64,000 nt of DNA, taken from the NCBI GenBank assembly GCA_009694735.1, contig SHUG01000003.1, positions 19,840-83,839 on the forward strand, read 5' to 3'. Of this stretch, positions 61,501 to 64,000 are shown one piece after another. The notes under the pieces were generated by a model that saw only the letters and a program-made list of their open reading frames with translations, ran no database searches and had not been told where the DNA came from. Within the stretch, counting starts at the first letter, position 1. Each line of letters opens with the position of its first letter. The stretch is from Acidobacteriota bacterium. Its GTDB lineage: Bacteria; Acidobacteriota; Vicinamibacteria; Vicinamibacterales; UBA2999. Made by a program: the position numbers and the translations under genes.

Positions 61501-61730
61501 CCGAGATTGGTGACGGTGTAGGCGCCGTCGCCGTCGGTCACCGCGGTGCGCACGGCACCCGTGCTCTTCGACGTCACCACCACGGTGACGCCCGGCAGGG
61601 CGGCCTTGCTCTGGTCGAGAATCTTGCCGCTGATGCGCGACTCGGTCTGCTGTGCGGCGGCGAGCGATGGCGCGCCTGCCAAGAAAAGAGCCAGCGCGAT
61701 CAACGTGCACGCGCGGAATAACAACTGCAT
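58563..61730 (-). CDS. Oar-like TonB-dependent receptor with carboxypeptidase-regulatory domain
   Basis: GAGGAGG RBS, signal peptide, LPVNGRNF, KSGSNTFRG, GLRYDY, NNFSPR, terminal Phe. Confidence 0.9.
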   Translation of the reverse strand: MQLLFRACTLIALALFLAGAPSLAAAQQTESRISGKILDQSKAALPGVTVVVTSKSTGAVRTAVTDGDGAYTVTNLGPGAYLVTSELAGFAPRTREVVLGVGQIERVELELAVASLAENVTVTADAPVLDLSSAKIGVNVSPEEVQNLPVNGRNFANLMTLATGATSDGNGGWASVRFNGKSNQQNYLNYDGIDGTYVWDASPGYLNSTGSQFRLQTSMESVAEFRVNSGLAPAESGLGSGGNITVISKSGSNTFRGSIFEYKRDDALDAANKYDHIKQPLTLDQFGGSFGGPLVSNKTFFFGSYEGLKQKTGLSFTEAVPSDEARRRILAGEPIGSGAGQSPERTQAVASLLNGFPRGTVATANPLLGLATNTTEASQQENTAAFRVDHRFSNAQSVYVRYLFSKGDLDTPDRTATARRVRAKQNPRNLVGSFQSILGSSLINEFKVGVNKPQTSALAFGATPGYDPVGVSLSGTVTSSSVDARGTTGIARSGLLIRASSAASTIGSVFDPNSLSFTDSLTWTRGAHTVKLGGEYRRIDGTFQFLGSTEITYNSVNDFIDNRPAAVQVALDSPNFKPQQFYAIGFAQDSWRATDKLSLELGLRYDYYSVVKEAQGRAKPFFVEDNAFATDVNNFYNPDKNNFSPRLSAAYQINGKTVIRGGCGLFYGPGQFEDRIQPIENYIERRRAQTADVPNNGLAYPFTGINFGNLLSIRGYTHERPDEYNRQYGVSLSRELPGEINLTVGYTGSQGKDMFLRGVGNTLDPVTRTRLVPSVGQVDYKTSGCTNGLTISGRAITGCGYAEYNALQVSATRRFRAGFTGGLQYQYSSNKGTTQGSNEAATTQNTFNYETEYGTNPQDIPHTFNGSLVYLLPGEGLWRGGWRVGTIVNARSGVPINVVQSRPDNATVGGVTVANIIGGNSRGTQRPDLVAGVDPYLKNGVRWLNPAAFATPQPGTFGNLPRNFLRGPGFWQADLMVSKDLRFMTSQSLQLRAEIFNILNHLNYENPAASLPNGTPGVPLTEAQAGTFGYMLGPLNRTVGLGTARQTQLSIRYSF

Positions 61731-61767
61731 GGACAACCTCCTCAAACGGGACACACTCACACCCGAC

Positions 61768-61822
61768 AAGGTATCGGGGCGGCTCCATCGCTGGTGTGAC
61801 GGGCGCGTTAATTCCGTGAAAA
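61768..61822 (-). promoter_or_regulatory. Pho-box-like region upstream of the intact TonB receptor
   Basis: TTAAC (61807) and GTCAC (61796) at 11-bp period; shares cacggaattaac with the pstS promoter; -10 register off by one. Confidence 0.5.
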
Positions 61823-61886
61823 CTGACGCGGCGTGGTCGCAAGCACGCCGGTTAGCACCGCGATCTGTCGGTTGCCTGGGCAAGAT

Positions 61887-61918
61887 GTAACATTCGTGTA
61901 ACGTTTGTGTGGCATACT
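61887..61918 (+). promoter_or_regulatory. Pho-box-like promoter of DUF47-pit
   Basis: GTAAC (61887), GTAAC (61898), 10 nt, then CATACT. Confidence 0.65.
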
Positions 61919-61925
61919 TCCGGGC

Positions 61926-62543
61926 GTGCGATTCCGCCTCATTCCCCGCGAACTGAAATTTTTCAGCGATTTCATCACCTTGGCCGACCGGATCGTCACC
62001 GGCGCGACTTTGCTGGAGCGGATGCTGTCGTCCGATCCGCCCGCGTGGGACATGGCCCTGCAAATCAAGCAGGTCGAGAGTGAATGCGACGCCCTCACGC
62101 ATGACATCATTCAGCGCCTGAACTCGACGTTCGTGGTGCCGATCGATCGCGAAGACATTCACGCCCTCGCCAAGTCGCTCGACGATGTGATGGACGCGAT
62201 TGACGCAGCGGCGGCGGTGACGCGACGCTACCGCATGGCGTCGCTTCGTTACGGCGCGCGCGAACTGGCGTCGCTGACGTGGCAATCGGCGATGCAGGTC
62301 AAGGTCGCCGTCGAAGCGCTCGAGCACAAGATTGGCGTCCACGATCTCGCTGTCGAGGTGAATCGCCTCGAGAACGCGGCGGACGATGTGCACGACGAGG
62401 CGCTGCGTCGGCTGTTCGAGGAAGAGAAGGACGCCATCACCGTGATCAAGTGGAAGGAAGTGCTCGACCTGCTCGAGGAAGCCACCGACCGCTGCGAAGA
62501 CTGTGCCAACGTGCTCGAAGGCGTCGTCGTCAAGCACGGGTAG
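61926..62543 (+). CDS. DUF47 Pit accessory (PhoU-like) protein
   Basis: TFVVPIDREDI, LENAADDV, ATDRCED. Confidence 0.9.
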   Translation: MRFRLIPRELKFFSDFITLADRIVTGATLLERMLSSDPPAWDMALQIKQVESECDALTHDIIQRLNSTFVVPIDREDIHALAKSLDDVMDAIDAAAAVTRRYRMASLRYGARELASLTWQSAMQVKVAVEALEHKIGVHDLAVEVNRLENAADDVHDEALRRLFEEEKDAITVIKWKEVLDLLEEATDRCEDCANVLEGVVVKHG

Positions 62544-62550
62544 CGCTGCA

Positions 62551-63546
62551 GTGGAACTCGCCCTCGTCTCGCTGGTCATCGTCGTTGCGCTGATTTTCGA
62601 TTACATCAACGGCTTTCACGACGCTGCCAACTCGATTGCCACCGTCGTTTCCACCCGGGTACTGAAGCCGGGCCAGGCGGTGGTGTGGGCGGCGTTCTTT
62701 AATTTCGTTGCGGCCTTCGTCTTCGGCACGGCGGTCGCCAAAACGGTCGGGTCGGGGATGGTCGACATCACGATCGTCACGACGTCGGTGATCCTGGCGG
62801 GCTTGATCGGCGCCATCATGTGGGACCTGATCACCTGGTACTACGGCCTGCCGACAAGCTCGTCGCACGCGCTGATCGGTGGCTACGCCGGCGCCGCCGT
62901 GGCAAAGGTCGGCATGTCGGCCTTGATTCCGTCGGGCTGGACGAAGACGCTGATGTTCATTGTGCTCGCGCCGGGCGCCGGCTTCCTGCTCGGTTTCATC
63001 TTCATGGTCGCGGTCTACTGGCTCTGCCGCAATACCGCACCGTCACGCGTCGACCGCCACTTCCGCAAGCTACAGCTGCTGTCGGCGGCTGCCTACAGCC
63101 TCGGCCACGGCGGCAACGACGCGCAGAAGACGATGGGGATCATCGCCGGCGCTTTGTATGCCGGGGGGTTCCTCGCCGAGTTCAGGATTCCGTTCTGGGT
63201 GGTGATGGCCGCGCACGCCGCGATCTCGCTCGGCACGCTCGCGGGCGGGTGGCGCATCATCCACACCATGGGCTCGAAGATCACGCGGCTGCAGCCGGTG
63301 GGCGGCTTCGCGGCGGAGGCCGCCGGTGCGGTGTCACTGTTCACCGCCACGGCGCTCGGCGTCCCGGTGAGCACGACTCACACCATCACCGGCGCCATCA
63401 TCGGTGTCGGCTCAACGCGCCGGCTCTCGGCCGTGCGGTGGGGTATCGCGGGGCAGATTGTGTGGGCGTGGATCCTGACGATTCCCGCCTCGGCCGGCAT
63501 CGCGGCGGTGACGTTTTATCTGCTGCACGCCATCGGCCTGCCCTAA
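62551..63546 (+). CDS. pit: PiT-family inorganic phosphate transporter
   Basis: NGFHDAANSIAT, PTSSSH, HGGNDAQK, PVSTTH. Confidence 0.93.
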   Translation: MELALVSLVIVVALIFDYINGFHDAANSIATVVSTRVLKPGQAVVWAAFFNFVAAFVFGTAVAKTVGSGMVDITIVTTSVILAGLIGAIMWDLITWYYGLPTSSSHALIGGYAGAAVAKVGMSALIPSGWTKTLMFIVLAPGAGFLLGFIFMVAVYWLCRNTAPSRVDRHFRKLQLLSAAAYSLGHGGNDAQKTMGIIAGALYAGGFLAEFRIPFWVVMAAHAAISLGTLAGGWRIIHTMGSKITRLQPVGGFAAEAAGAVSLFTATALGVPVSTTHTITGAIIGVGSTRRLSAVRWGIAGQIVWAWILTIPASAGIAAVTFYLLHAIGLP

Positions 63547-63705
63547 CAGCCCGTGGTGAAAGTGGTGACGGCATTCGACCGGCGCTGCATCCCCGCCGAC
63601 TGCGTTGCTCGTCCTTCAAATATGCTCAATATTTTCAGTCCTCGCGCCTGGTCGGCGGGGCGCAGCACCGGTCTCGGTGCTCGCCACCACTTCCACCACG
63701 GGCTG
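63547..63705. mobile_element. 159-bp palindromic MITE-like element flanked by CTAA direct repeats
   Basis: Terminal IR cagcccgtggtg/caccacgggctg, pairing along most of its length; CTAA at 63543 and 63706. Confidence 0.65.
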
Positions 63706-63732
63706 CTAAGCGAGACAGTGAGCCGTTCACTG

Positions 63733-64000
63733 TCACCTTTCGGCTGCTGATTGTCTGAGGGGCAAGCTGACCGTGAAGAGCGCGCCGCCGGCGGCCTGAT
63801 TCTCTACGATCACCTCACCCTCCAACACTTGGACCAGGTGTTTGACAATCGACAGCCCGAGGCCGGTGCCACCAGGTCGCGCGCGCGACTTGTCGACACG
63901 GTAGAAACGCTCGAAGACCCGCCCGAGGTCGTCGGGCGCAATCCCGTGGCCAGTATCGCCCACACTCAACCGGAAGCGGCCGGCCACCACCATCGCCATG
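63733..64000 (-). CDS. phoR: Sensor histidine kinase C-terminus (PhoR-like), partial
   Basis: DTGHGI, VFERFYRVDKSR, GTGLGLSIVKH. Confidence 0.75.
   Translation of the reverse strand, partial: MAMVVAGRFRLSVGDTGHGIAPDDLGRVFERFYRVDKSRARPGGTGLGLSIVKHLVQVLEGEVIVENQAAGGALFTVSLPLRQSAAER

Noticed and set aside
61731-62579. 283-aa N-terminal extension of the 1338-aa receptor ORF, and similar extensions on pstB, the PP2C and the TPR gene
   Set aside because: They overlap neighbouring genes or promoters; RBS, signal peptides or domain starts mark the downstream starts

Overview
High-GC bacterial chromosomal window. Acidobacteriota (Vicinamibacteria-like) is an inference from the Oar-type TonB receptors, gene content and repeat families. 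Five blocks. (1) 1-8.3 kb: methionine/lipid genes, including a FabF + flavin oxidoreductase + ICMT-type methyltransferase cluster. (2) 8.8-15.0 kb: an integron-type cassette array not visible in the ORF track, read on the minus strand, with 7 attC sites and no integron-integrase in the window (CALIN-like). It carries five toxin-antitoxin-like pairs (four toxin-like genes broken, all partners intact), a tandem-cupin gene, a recombinase/IS91 remnant, and three copies of a related ORF-less element with conserved hairpins, the best candidate here for an undescribed element. (3) 15.4-35.6 kb: an 8-gene TPR-peptidase/MoxR/vWA operon, rhomboid, FHA-GAF-PP2C, leuA-like, M28 peptidase, gltA. (4) 35.7-64 kb: a phosphate (Pho) gene cluster (pstSCAB-phoU, ppx, CHAD, sixA, phoB-like, phoX, phoD, TonB receptors, DUF47-pit, phoR-like) whose promoters share an 11-bp-periodic Pho-box-like motif placed 10 nt before the -10 element. 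(5) Within it, a decaying 48-58 kb patch of deletion scars and pseudogenes (mgtE, arsC, cytochrome oxidase subunit I, a TonB receptor, sodC). All calls come from reading the sequence and recognising motifs; no searches were run.
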